DNA of 63,525 bases, filler included, from Reticulomyxa filosa (Eukaryota; Protista; Foraminifera): NCBI GenBank assembly GCA_000512085.1. It is 17 parts of 17 records of this genome, joined end to end, with 100 filler letters (N's around TTAATTAATTAA, not from the genome) between each part and the next. Parts side by side here need not be neighbours in the genome. Positions count along the whole stretch, not along the records: positions 35,558 to 39,973 come from ASPP01041371.1; positions 40,074 to 56,835 come from ASPP01006943.1; 15 more parts are not named here. One strand, 5' to 3'. A model generated the notes under the pieces. It saw nothing but the letters and a program-made list of their open reading frames with translations. It made no database searches and had not been told where the DNA came from. The position numbers and the translations under genes are program-made. Shown here in pieces: positions 36,626-50,224 of the stretch; the first letter of the stretch is position 1, and every line of letters begins with the position of its first letter.

Positions 36626-39600
36626 TCAATGTGTTGATTTGTTATACATTAAAGAAACCAGGCAGACAATATTGCCAAATATGTATATTGTGGCAATGTC
36701 GATTTCATTTTTGTCTTGTGTGCAATCCAAGATTGTGATAGCCTTCCTTTGCTTCCATCGGTGCAGCCATAACATGATTTGCGATAAAGATTGGTCTCGA
36801 TGATAACGACGGTAATGCAATCGAATGTATGTTTGGCAGCAGCCAATGTAATCAGCGAAGAAGAAGATAGAGAAGGTAGCTGATGCAACTGTGATCCCAA
36901 CATTATACCATGGTATCGACATCATCTCAAATACCCCATTACGACAATAGCGACGAAACAGTGCCAACAGAAGTGACAATCGATTGGAAGGCAGTATTTA
37001 TAGCCTTATTTTTATTTACATTAAATACAATGACTTGGTCATTGTTCAATGTGTTGAATCGTCGCTTTGTCTTGGGCAGGTGATCGTCTATTTCAATGCG
37101 AAATCTTCTTCTTCTCCATTTGCGGTTTCATTAGACACTACTAGTGGACCTAGCATATTCTAATTGTTGTAAACACAAAAACAACAAACAACAACTTAAT
37201 TCAAACTGCCTTAGACAAAAGTAATTATGTTGTTTTAACTTCAATCTCCTTTCAAAGGTATTATGATAATCGAATGAAATTATTCAATTCAATTACTGCC
37301 AATCCCCATTGACGACAATATCAACGATAATTTTGCAATACAATTGCAATATTCCAAAGCTTTGATATCTTCCACCAAATTACGAAGATCATAACAATTT
37401 TATATCGGAAATGCATCCATGTATCTTTGATTTGTCGCAATCAGGGGTCGCACATAAATAATTGCAAATACATATAAATGACAACGACTAGTATTTGATT
37501 TATTATGCATATGACTACTTGAGTGAAAAATAGTGTATATTAAGCTGGATATTGTTGGTGCAATCATAGGCACATAATGTTCATTGCCACTGCGCTTTTA
37601 ATTAATATCATCCATAACAACTAATCATTTTGGTTTCTTTGTTTGCACTGCACATTTGCCTCTATCGATAAGTTCATCTTGAGCGGTTCGTGAGTACTTA
37701 TTATATTTTTGACATAATTCATATGCTTGATCGATACTATTTCTTCTTCTTAGTATACTTTTCTCTTTATTTTTTTTCACTAGAAGCCTAAAAGATCAAT
37801 GTTTATGTTGTTTTGATTAATACACATTACAACAACTGAAAATATAAAAGGTAATGCAGACCTTGTATGATCGACCCTGTTTACTCGAATATGCACATAG
37901 TCAGCACCACTTGCCATTTGCATTCACCACAACTCTGGTAAAGCTGTACTTCATGGATTGAATCTATGTTGTGTATAGATTTATGAATGTACCACAGCAA
38001 TCCACTTTTGAATTGTGATTGTAACATACCAAGAGAAGATCGAGTCATAATTGTTAATAGATTATGTTCACATCGTCTGTTATCCTTGATGGTGGCTCAT
38101 GATACGGTTAATTTTAAGATCGGTAATGTAATTGTGGATTGTTTCTAGATGATGGATTTGTGGAGCCAATCCGGAATTATTTGTTTTTTTGGACATTACT
38201 ACATGCAATTGCATTCCATCTTTTTCCAGAAAAATAATAAATTTACTTGACATAACAAATTTAAAGCAACGTTAATAAATCTATTGCCATGTTCGATATT
38301 TAATTGTTTGTGGCACACGATTTGAGTAAGAGACAATTTGAGTAGTACTATGCTCTGGACATATTAATAATTTCTAACGCTCTCACTTGGCATCTATATA
38401 TATGCATATACACATATATATGAATAACACATCAATTGAAGATTATCAAAGAAGAGTAGGATATAACTACTTTTTCCAAATTGGATTCAACAGTCGACTT
38501 TTTCTACTTTTGATAGCAAGCAGGATTTGATTAATTGGATCGGAATTGTTTCAATGCGGAATGATTGGTAGCGTTCGTGTTTACACTGGCAGACTGGTCA
38601 TATATTGACAAGACTAGTGATCCTTGAGAACGCAGACATTACTACAGCCACAGGATATGTATTGAAAGTTTATGCAATGTAAAAATAATGGACTTTATTT
38701 TCTTGACTAGAATGTCGCATTGGAGGATATCCATTAATTGACTGAAGATCGTACTCCCGATATTGTAGACCGATCCAACATTTTCACATGTCTTTCGCAT
38801 TGAAGTAGAGTCACCATATTATTACGTTCTCATATCTCTTGCACGTAGTCTTGCAACGTTCTCGGTCTAATCAAGACAGCAGGTTTGATTTTGTATTTCT
38901 ATGCATCAACTTCTTCTTCTTCATTTGCGATTCCACCAGTGGATTTAGCGTATTCTAGTTGTTGCAAGCACAAAAACAATAATGCAAATTGTAGAAAGAA
39001 AGACCAAAATAATCAACGTTTTTTTAACCATAATATTTTTTGAAAGGTATTCCATCACATGGCGAAATAACATATTCAATAATTTCCTTCCAGCCTTCCT
39101 TGATGACAATAGCCACTGTTATTTGCAATCAAATTGCAAATATCACAACTTTACTATCATCCACGAAGTTCATATCAATTGTTTCTTGGAAATATCTACC
39201 TGTATCGTTGATTTTTTTTCTTCTTAATTAGTCGACTCTTCTACTTCTTCGTCTTCTTCTGCTTTTTCCTCTTCTCTTTGTTTTATTCAATACCTGTACA
39301 ATAGACAGGTTCATGTTCACATTGTTTATTAAGATATATTACAACAACTGAAAATATGACAAAAATAAAATATGTACCTGGAAATAGAACTACCATGATT
39401 AATCCTTGCATTTGTATTATTGAGTTTAATAATAACAGGACTGCATGTCGCAAGAGATATATCCACTGAATATGATTTGCTTGCTAGTGACTTGTAATAC
39501 TAGCTACAATTTAAGACCAGGCAATGCAATATCAAATTGATTTTCAGATTCCAATTGACCAATTTGATTAGCAGACACCATGATTACTGAAACTGATTTC

Positions 39601-39800
39601 AATTCATTTGTGATATTGTGTTGAGTTGATGTTATGTTATTGACTAATAAACAATTCATCGACACTTTGTAATATTTGATCGAGCTTGCACAAATTCCAT
39701 GATTTTTGAGAATGGATAAAACTGGACAATTATGAAAATGGCTTGCCTTTGTCGTCGTGTGCAATACGGTAGGATAAGCAGTTGAATTTCTATAATGTGA
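36626..39800 (-). pseudogene. Heavily degenerate secreted or membrane protein gene remnant
   Basis: Short hydrophobic and Cys-containing fragments (36626-36979) with dense stops; no family recognised. Confidence 0.25.
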
Positions 39801-40869
39801 TAAGTATGTCCCAAATTTTTTTTTTAAACAAATACAAATAAAAAAAAGGACATAACACTTAACTTTGTCGCTATCCTCGCGCAGGGTAACAACTTTTTTT
39901 TACTTTCATATTATTATTTTTTATTTTTCTTTATTATTCTTTTTTCATTGTGTTCTTTTTTTTTTTCATTATTNNNNNNNNNNNNNNNNNNNNNNNNNNN
40001 NNNNNNNNNNNNNNNNNTTAATTAATTAANNNNNNNNNNNNNNNNNNNNNNNNNNNNNNNNNNNNNNNNNNNNTGCTTTTTGGAACTAAGTTCCTTTCGT
40101 ATTATACTTAGTCGTCACTGTTCCTACAATTATGACAAAATAAAATTAAAAAAATTAATGCTTTGCATATTATTTCATCATTTTTTTCATTAAAACCGTT
40201 TTTTCTTTTTTGTTCCAAAACATTTGATAATTTTTGAATTATAAAAATAAAAGCATATGTATTACAACAGCGACATAAAGTATATTAAGACATAACCAAC
40301 CAGCTATTGAACCGCGTCACTATCAATAAGATAATTATATGTTGACGTATATGACAATCAATTCAACATAAATTGTCGCTTATAGAACACGTAGACATTA
40401 TTATCAATTTAGTCTAGGACCAAAAAGGTTAAACGCAGTACAGCCGACTATGCTACAATAAGCTCCAACTTATGTAGGTTCTATTATGCAATCGCTTTAA
40501 TATAGTTATTATATCTCATATAATTTATTAACCAGTTTATGTACTATTGAAGTAATTTGTGTTAGCTGAAATATTCAGATTAATTGAAACAAAATACTCT
40601 CTTGTTTTATTTATTCATCGTATGTGCATTGTAATATCAAAATTTTACAAATAATTGAAACACATGTTTGTCTCCGCGCCCTTTTGCAAAGCACCATACT
40701 AATTAATTAGTTTTCAACAACCAGATTTATAAAATTACACAGAGCCAACTATCCGAAAAAAACTAATGATCTCCCTGAACAAAATGGAAAAAAAAGCTAA
40801 ATTCAGTCAAGTAACCGACATCAGTTTCAGTCTTCTCGCTTCACTTGTATTAAGCCAGTAATGATAAAA

Positions 40870-43800
40870 TCAACAATGATCACTTTTTTGTTCGTCAGCA
40901 TCATCATTTTTGTGACTGCTTGGCTCTGTCTTTTTAAGTGTTTTGTCTGTAGTTTGAGAGCTTTTGTCATTTTTCGTGTCATCTTGGTCAACTTCCCAAA
41001 TTTCTTTAACAACTTCCAATTTCCGCATCAATGATCTCAATGGAATCAAGGACGTCACAGCCCAGTTTTCAAGTCCAGAAATGCATTGAGAACGGCGTTT
41101 GTATTGATTCACGATTGAACTCCACTCATCTGAAGATGTTTCTATACATTTTATAACAGCACTCAAAGGCATGCCGGAAGCAATTAGATCAGTGCAAATA
41201 TCAATTAACTCTGGAGCCTTTGCGAGCCACTCAAATAAGGAATACTTCATTAAGTCTTTATTTGATTGAGGGCGATCCAATCCATCAAAGTCATATTCCA
41301 GGATCAATTGTCTAGTTTTTGCTCTCAATAATAAGCAGGCATCCATACAACTAATTGGAAGTAATCGATGAACCCGACATTTCACGTGGCATTTAAAGTC
41401 AAATTTTTCAATTTCGTTGCAAACGCTGAAACGACATATTAACAAAATACGAACACTCCTCAATTCAGTTAATAAGCGATGAACGACATTCCAAAATCTA
41501 TGCAAGTGTTCTTGGAGAAAAGTCAAATGATCGAATACGAACAGCGTTGCCCCTTGGCATTTCTCTCGGATTTGTGAGTATATAAATTTGTCTCCTTTCG
41601 AAGAAAAAAGTATTCTCCGTGATTCTACTTTTTTAGTTTCCGAGTCTTGCCAAACCTCTTTGGGGAAATCGTTTGGCATAATTGTCAGCCAAACTTGTGC
41701 TTGTTCGTATATTTCTGATGGTAATTTATTTTTCAAAGTTAAGCTGTGATTTTTGTGTTCGCGGAATAGAATGTATCGATTTTGTTGTTTATCGTCGACG
41801 TACACTATAACCTTGGGTGTATCCGAGTGTTGTTCTTGGCAAATTTGGTGATGGATTTCCGGAGGATAATCCACCATGTCTTTGGTCTTGCTGTCGCGGT
41901 ATTGAAAACGTCCCGAGTCAATCTCCATGCAATCGGCCATGAATTCGAGTAAGCCATCAGGATCGGATTGCAATTTGCTTAAATCGATCCACCACACCCC
42001 ACCGGGAAACAATGGAATGTACCAAGGCCGTGTAAAAAATTGCGCCGCACTTTTGGCGACAGTGGTTGCGCCAATGAAAGGATGTCCCGTTAGTACTGTG
42101 ACATCGTGCATCGGTCTAATCTCAGGATGCAGCAGTTGGATCAAAATATTTATATCGGTCTGTCTTCCCAGCACTTTGCGATGGTCTTCATACCAGCCTG
42201 GACGACAATTGGAAGGAAACTCATACGATATGACCTTCATTTGTTGTTTTTGTTCAGTGACTAAGTCCAAGTCTGCCAATAGTGTTTGTTTGTGATCACT
42301 GTTTCCCAATAGCAAAAATTTTTTGCTGTGTTCGTGAGGAATGTCAGGTTGACAACATTTTAACTTTTTGAATCCCGGACATTCACTTGAGTGATCCTTT
42401 TCACAGCAACGTATGCTTTTGCAATATGGACATCGACACTCGGGCGTGTGTCCTTCGTGTCGACAACAGCAGTCGACTTTTCCTTGCAACGTGATCCCTG
42501 TCAATTGCACGAATGCAATATATGTATTGTATGTATTGTATGTATTGTATGTTACATATAAGATATATTCATAGTATGCATACGTATAGAGAAAACAAGG
42601 AAAATGGATAAGCACATATAAGTCGTTACCAGATCGAGCATTTTTGAACGCCTCTAACACAGTTGTTTTTTGTCCTAATAAGTTTTGATAAAAACTGTAC
42701 GCAAATTCGATGGCCGTTCTGTTGTTGATTTGTACCAGAGAATGTACGGCAACAACGTGTGGTACACCCAGATCGACAAAGGCTTTGGCTACTTGTTCGC
42801 TGAAGCAAGTGGACACAAAGACCAACTTTAATTGAAACAGATTCCCCTCCAATGCCTGTCGAATGCCATCAGCACTAATTGTGGTCATGGCTCCCCAATG
42901 ATCCTCGACCTGTAGCGTTTGCGAATTGGATCCATGTCCACCGATATGCAGTATCTGTGCCCCTCGTTGGATGCACGAAATGAGTGATTGTTTGGTCAAT
43001 ACGCCAAAGAACACACCGAAAGACTGTTCGCATTGGCGGAGCATTGTCTGAAGAGAAATCTGTTCTCGCTCAAAGTCCAAGAAGGGATCGCCGCAGTTCA
43101 AGGGACTCGAATGCAGTACCGCCATGTCCAACTGTTGTTTGAAAAAAGGCTTGTTTCGTCTTTCGTGACCTTTTTTTGCATATAAGCAATACGTGTCAAG
43201 TCATCAAACATTTAATGTTGCGTTTCGACATAAAAGATAGGAAAAAGATAGGAAAAAGATAGGATATAGCAAACATAAAATAAAATTATTATTTTTTTAC
43301 CTAAAAGGTCGAGGTCATAGTGATTGCGACTTTGTCCGTATTTTGCATTGTTCTCTCGATCATTCGAAGAGAGAGGCTGGGATAGCGCTGTAATCAGTCT
43401 TGGCGGCGCCGAATGGGAGCAGTGGATGCAAATGTTGGGCCGAAACGAGTCGCTAAAGTGCTCGCGAAAATGTGGACTGTTAGAAGGAAGCCGATGATGA
43501 TGTCCCGATTGAGCATTTGCTCGGGGATTTTTTGGATACGTAATGACAAATGAAGGCGGAGGAGGAGGGGGAGGAGGAACAGGAGAAGGGGGAAATACAT
43601 GGTCGTTGGCAGAGGTGCTCGGCGAAAAATCAAAAGGTAGACTGGGTACGCTTTTGATTTCGATTTCACTTTCGCCCGAAAACTGCTCGAATGGATCGAC
43701 ATTCTTTTCTTCATTGGAAAAGGGAAGAAATGATGTTGGTGCTTTGGAAAGACGAGGATAGCTTCGATGAGAAGGACTACCCACCTGCTTTTCCAATAAT

Positions 43801-43949
43801 GGCTCTTTTTGCAAAATATCAACGAGGATTGGTATTAACTTTGTTTTGTCGTTGGCTTCGTCAAATCTCTTTGCTTTGCACAAACGCCAGATTACTACTG
43901 ATAATATTTGCGATGGCAATGACATTTCACCACAAACAATTTGATACAT
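40870..43949 (-). CDS. CHAT (caspase-HetF-like) peptidase, Cys/His cluster and degenerate STAND/NB-ARC-like NTPase
   Basis: AVLHSSPL-LDFERE, ILHIGGHG and LVFVSTCFS (His/Cys dyad); GRQTDI, VLTGHPFIGATT, FPGGVWWIDL, LFVFDHL and RILLICR. Introns at about 43132-43299 and 42498-42629. The start is uncertain. Confidence 0.8.
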
Positions 43950-44153
43950 TTCACTTTTTTTTTTTTTTTAAAAAAGAAATGTTTGGTTGTCATTTGCTCT
44001 TTTTTTTAAAAAATAAATAAAAAATAAAAAAAACAAAACTTAAATTTTTCAGCTTTGTACGATTTCATGCCCATCCCTTCCAAAAATAATTTACAATTGT
44101 TTCTTACAGAATGGTCTTGATCTTGAAAACATCCAACACACAACAGAGTTCAC

Positions 44154-45120
44154 AAAAAAAAAAAACAGAAGACACACACACACACAAACACACAAAGGAA
44201 CAACTCTTACATACGCGTCGTGCTCAAATTATATGCTCGTTCAACCAAACCCCATCGTGCACAATTCTCTTGCAGCATTTCTATTCGTTGTGTTCACACA
44301 GACACAAAATACAATGAGTCAATTGCACACACAAAATAAACAATTCCAACTTGTATTGATCGATGATATCGTGGCAAGCAATGAAAAAATATTTGCAATA
44401 ATGCTGATTGCGCCATCTTCAATATTTGCACATTTGCACAACAACTCCAAATTCTCTCGCTTTTGCCAAAACTTTTGCAAAATCACTTTCTTTTCTGTAA
44501 AGTCGTCTTTCCATTCAAAACAGATTTGATTCAATACAACCAAACTTGCCTCCCACATCTCCATTTCCTACATCCGCACACACTTCACTTTCGCAATGCT
44601 TTTTCTCCATTGAATCTACACAAAACAAACCTGAGACTTTTCGAAAAATTGAACCATCAAATCCAATATATTGTAACGGAATAACACCTCATGCAGCTGT
44701 GGCTCTGACGATATCAATGCCAGTGTTTGCAACGCTTTCAATTGCAATATTTCGTCACTTTCTTTTTTTACAAATTCTATTATACGAGGAATATGCAACT
44801 TGAATGCCAGCATTTCTGTTGGTTCACAAATCCAACTCACAGTCTGATCATCTTCAATGTAGAGCCATATATACACCAACGCAAAAAGTATACTTTACCA
44901 AACTATGATTAAGCTGTGAACAGTACCACATTTGCGCTATCTTTAGATAATGCTGACATGCCTCACCACTTGGCATACTATTGGCTGCATTTAGAACCTT
45001 GAATTGTTTGGACATGAATGGTCAACGAGAGGATAATTGGTGTTAGATCTTTCCTCTCTACAAACACAGCTTCAGAAGCAGATTCACTCTCTTTTCTCCG
45101 TGTTCGTATAGCCACAAGTC
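44154..45120 (-). pseudogene. ARM-repeat/importin-alpha-like fragments
   Basis: IBB-like VAIRTRRKESE and ARM-like IPRIIEFVK-EILQLKALQTLALIS-NILDLMVQFF, with stops between fragments. Confidence 0.35.
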
Positions 45121-45433
45121 AAGTCTGTTCTTAAGATAATTTGTTTAAATTTGAAACTTTTTATGTCAAATTTAAAGTTTTGAACAAAAGCCAACCACTA
45201 TGACTTGAATTTACAAATGAAGATTGGATGTTGAGGGTTGCTTTCATTGGTTAAACTGTTCATCAAAGATATAATCCAATTTAACAACACAAATTTAAAT
45301 TAAAAACAAGAGAACATCTGCAACGACTTTTTTTCAAATTAGGTACGATTACTACTCTTTCGGTGGTGACGATAGCAAATGTTTTTTTACCATCATCCTT
45401 TGTTCACCAAAAAGGGTCTTGGGTTGTCGAAGG

Positions 45434-47152
45434 TTATTGACGAGATTGTTTCATTTTAATCCATTTTTTGTATTTAATTTTATTAATCTTTTCTTTTTGT
45501 TGAGTCAAAATAGCTCCTTTCTTTTTCAATAAATCATCAAAGATGGTATTTTTCGAGTTATTTTTGGCATTGAGTTTTTTATCTTTATTTTTATTTTTGC
45601 GTTTGTTACTACTGTTGTCGTTGTCATCATCGTCGTTTTCTTCGTCATTATTACGGCGGTTATTGTGTTTGGATTTGTTATTGGTGACATTGTTGCCAAT
45701 AGGTTTTCGTTTTGCTTCTTGCAAGGTCTTTCTCGCCAACGAGCGAATTTTCAACTCCGGATGATCTCTCCATCGTAATTTGTTCATCTGTTTATCTCTT
45801 CCCTTATGCCGAAATTTTTTGATTCGATTGAGATCATCGTCTTCTGTGGCTATTACATGTCCATGATCACCTTCGAATCGTGCAAATACATGTCCGCGAG
45901 ATGACTTTAGCATTTTCGGATGTGCAGACAATGCAGTTTTCAAATGTTCTACCTCTTTGTCTGCATCATCTTTTGCTCTTTTTTTTTTGTTGGTTTAGTT
46001 TTGTTTCATTTACAAAATAAAAAAAACACGTTGAAACATACTTTTTAAAGTCTTTGACATAAGGCAACACTCGCAGTTTTTTAGAGTCCGTTTTGCCTAA
46101 GAAATTGGTGTTATGCAAATCCAAGGCCCGATGCACACCGAAAATGTTGTCGAATTCAATAAAACCACATTTTTTGCTAACAAATGTTTTGGGGTCTCTG
46201 ACGATGCGCACGTTGACAATTTTGCAAGTGGACTCGTCGTTTCCCTTGCAGCAGTAGTTATCAAAGTGCTGTCGCAAATCGTCCTCGGTGGCGTCAACGG
46301 GTAGTCCTCCAACAAAGACACAATGGTCGGATATTCGCGCGATGTTGCTGTCGCAATAATCGACTCGAATTGTAAATCGACCTTCGACCACCGTGTTATT
46401 TTTTTCCAACGCGATTTTTACCCATTTAGGGTTGTCAAAGCGCACCCAGCAGTTCATATTTTGCTTGCTCGCATTGGTGAGTTCCTTTTACGTGAACGTC
46501 GCACATTCAAACAAACGCGTTTCAGCTCGGTACAATCAACAGAAAAAAAACAGAGTTGACAAAGAACTGTTGTCTCGTCGATGTGACCTCGATTTAATCT
46601 TGATGTGTAAATCGACTTTTCTTTGCGGTTTCGGTGTGCCTTCAAATAATTACTCAAGAAAATATCTTCAATGTGTTCCTTCAAATCTGGAAATAGTTCC
46701 TCTTTGATATGTGTCTCCTTCCAACGGTCGGGAATATTTCCCACAAACACCGTCCTGCGATCCAATTCTTCTCTTTCGCGCTTTTCTTGTGGCGTCAGCT
46801 CTATTTTTGCTGTCGGCTCCTTAAGCTTTTGCTTAAATTGCTTTTTCTCTTTTTTCATTTCTTTCACCATTTTTTTTGATAGTAACGGCTTTCGCTGTCG
46901 AGAAAGTCGAATCTTGCCTTTATAACCCATTGTCATGTCCTTGTCATTTCCCATGCCGTTTTCTTCTGTCCCATTGTTTGATTCTAGTCGAATTCTTTTG
47001 TTTGGCACTTCTATTTTCTCACTTTCTTTTTCTTCTAACAACACTTCCGACAATTTTCTTTTTCGAGGCTCGAGCAAGTGTATGTTTAGAGGTTTCACAG
47101 AAGCTGGATCTGCCAGCATTTTTGAAAGATCTCCTGGTTCATAATCGTCCAT
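45434..47152 (-). CDS. Nucleolar two-RRM protein, Nop12/RBM34-like
   Basis: RRTVFVGNIP, MNCWVRF-IRVD and CVFVGGLP-VRIVRDPKT-CGFIEF, then a basic tail with FEG. Three exon blocks. Confidence 0.8.
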
Positions 47153-48386
47153 CTCAAATTATTACAGAACTTACACACAAGAACTAGACCCTTTCTGCAA
47201 CACAAATTATTTTTTGTCGATGTTGAACCATTAATTTTCTTTTTCAAATATAACAACTGAGGATATTCACAATTTTTTTAGAAAAATGCTAAATTAGTAC
47301 TTTTGACGCATTCATCACTTTTTTTTGCATTTATGCACTGTTTCTTCATTTTTTTTGGATCTCTTTTTCTCCGATATAAATAGAAAATTATAGTATTTGC
47401 GAAGATTTTTTGAAAAATTTCTTTAAATCGAAGATCAAGTTCAATTTTTCTAACAATAAGACCATTTTATTGTAACACAAGTACACTTCAAATTAGAAAT
47501 AGCAAACAAATCTAATTTCCTTTAATGCAATAGTTCACGTGCGATATTGCGTGTGCGCAAATTTCAGCCTATTTATTTTTTTTTATTGCGCTTGTTTTCT
47601 TCATTCCAAAAAAAAAAATTCAAAATGTTGTATTTTATCAGAAATAAAAGTTTTGTCATTTTGTGTCCGCGTAGCTGATTCAGTCGTCTCATCACAACAA
47701 AAAAAACAATAAATGAAGATCAAACATACTTTTTTCATTGTCTTTGGGCAAAATACTGTCAATAAGAAAAAAAAGATAAAAAACAAGACAAGGTTTTTTT
47801 CCTCAAAAAAACTTTTGAACAAAACTTCCTTGTTCAAACATCCTTTAAAAGTGTTCAAGATTAAGAAATCTCAAAACTGACAGCAAATTCAAGTTTAAAA
47901 CACAATAAATTAGTTGATCATTTTAAAAAATAAATAATATTAACAATTAATAAATATCGATGTATTTAATAAAACAACGAGCATCAACATGCAAAGGAAT
48001 TCAATTGGACGTGCGTATCGAGTTGCCATTCAAAGATAACACAGAAACTTTCTCATAACAATTACAGCAGAAATTAGACGTTACCAGGAATAAATTCAAA
48101 AATCATTTTTGGTGCTTTTAAAAATATGCGCACGTTAGTGTTGTTACACTCATAGAAACATTGCCAATTTAAGTTACTTAATTACAATTATTTTATAATG
48201 CTAGAATTTGCTTTTTATAAAAAGGTGAGACGCCTAATCGTTTACTAAAAGTAGTACAAGGTAAACTTCTTTGAAAAAAAAAGTGACGGGGGTACGACAA
48301 AGGTCTCTTCAAAAAAAAAAGAGAAAGATTTATTTATTGTAACACAATTGCAAGTTCTGAAATTTGAAGGCAATAAGTGATAGACA

Positions 48387-49831
<1,445 letters not shown>

Positions 49832-50224
49832 ATTCATCTTCATTTGGTTTCAATTTGGTTGAATTCTAACACTTTTTTCCAATACATTTTGCCATTTTGG
49901 TTTTATTGTGAACTGTTTCAACCTTCAGTTTAAAATCTCACACATTTCGATTACACAACGCAAAAATTTTTTGTTTTTTGACCAGTTGAAATCGCAGTTT
50001 TTGTAGTTTTGAATCTTTGCCAGGATAATTCTAAACATAGTCCACTGTTTTCTTCGAGCAGTGTTGATGAAATCACTGAATTTTTAAAATCGTGCATAAA
50101 TTTAAAGTATCCAATTATTACAATTGTACGCAATAATATTTTCTAGGCATGTTAGTGTGAATATTTGTCTAATAAATTTTGGCGTTTTTTTGAAAAACAG
50201 TGGTTGGGCTGCAAAGGCGAAAAA

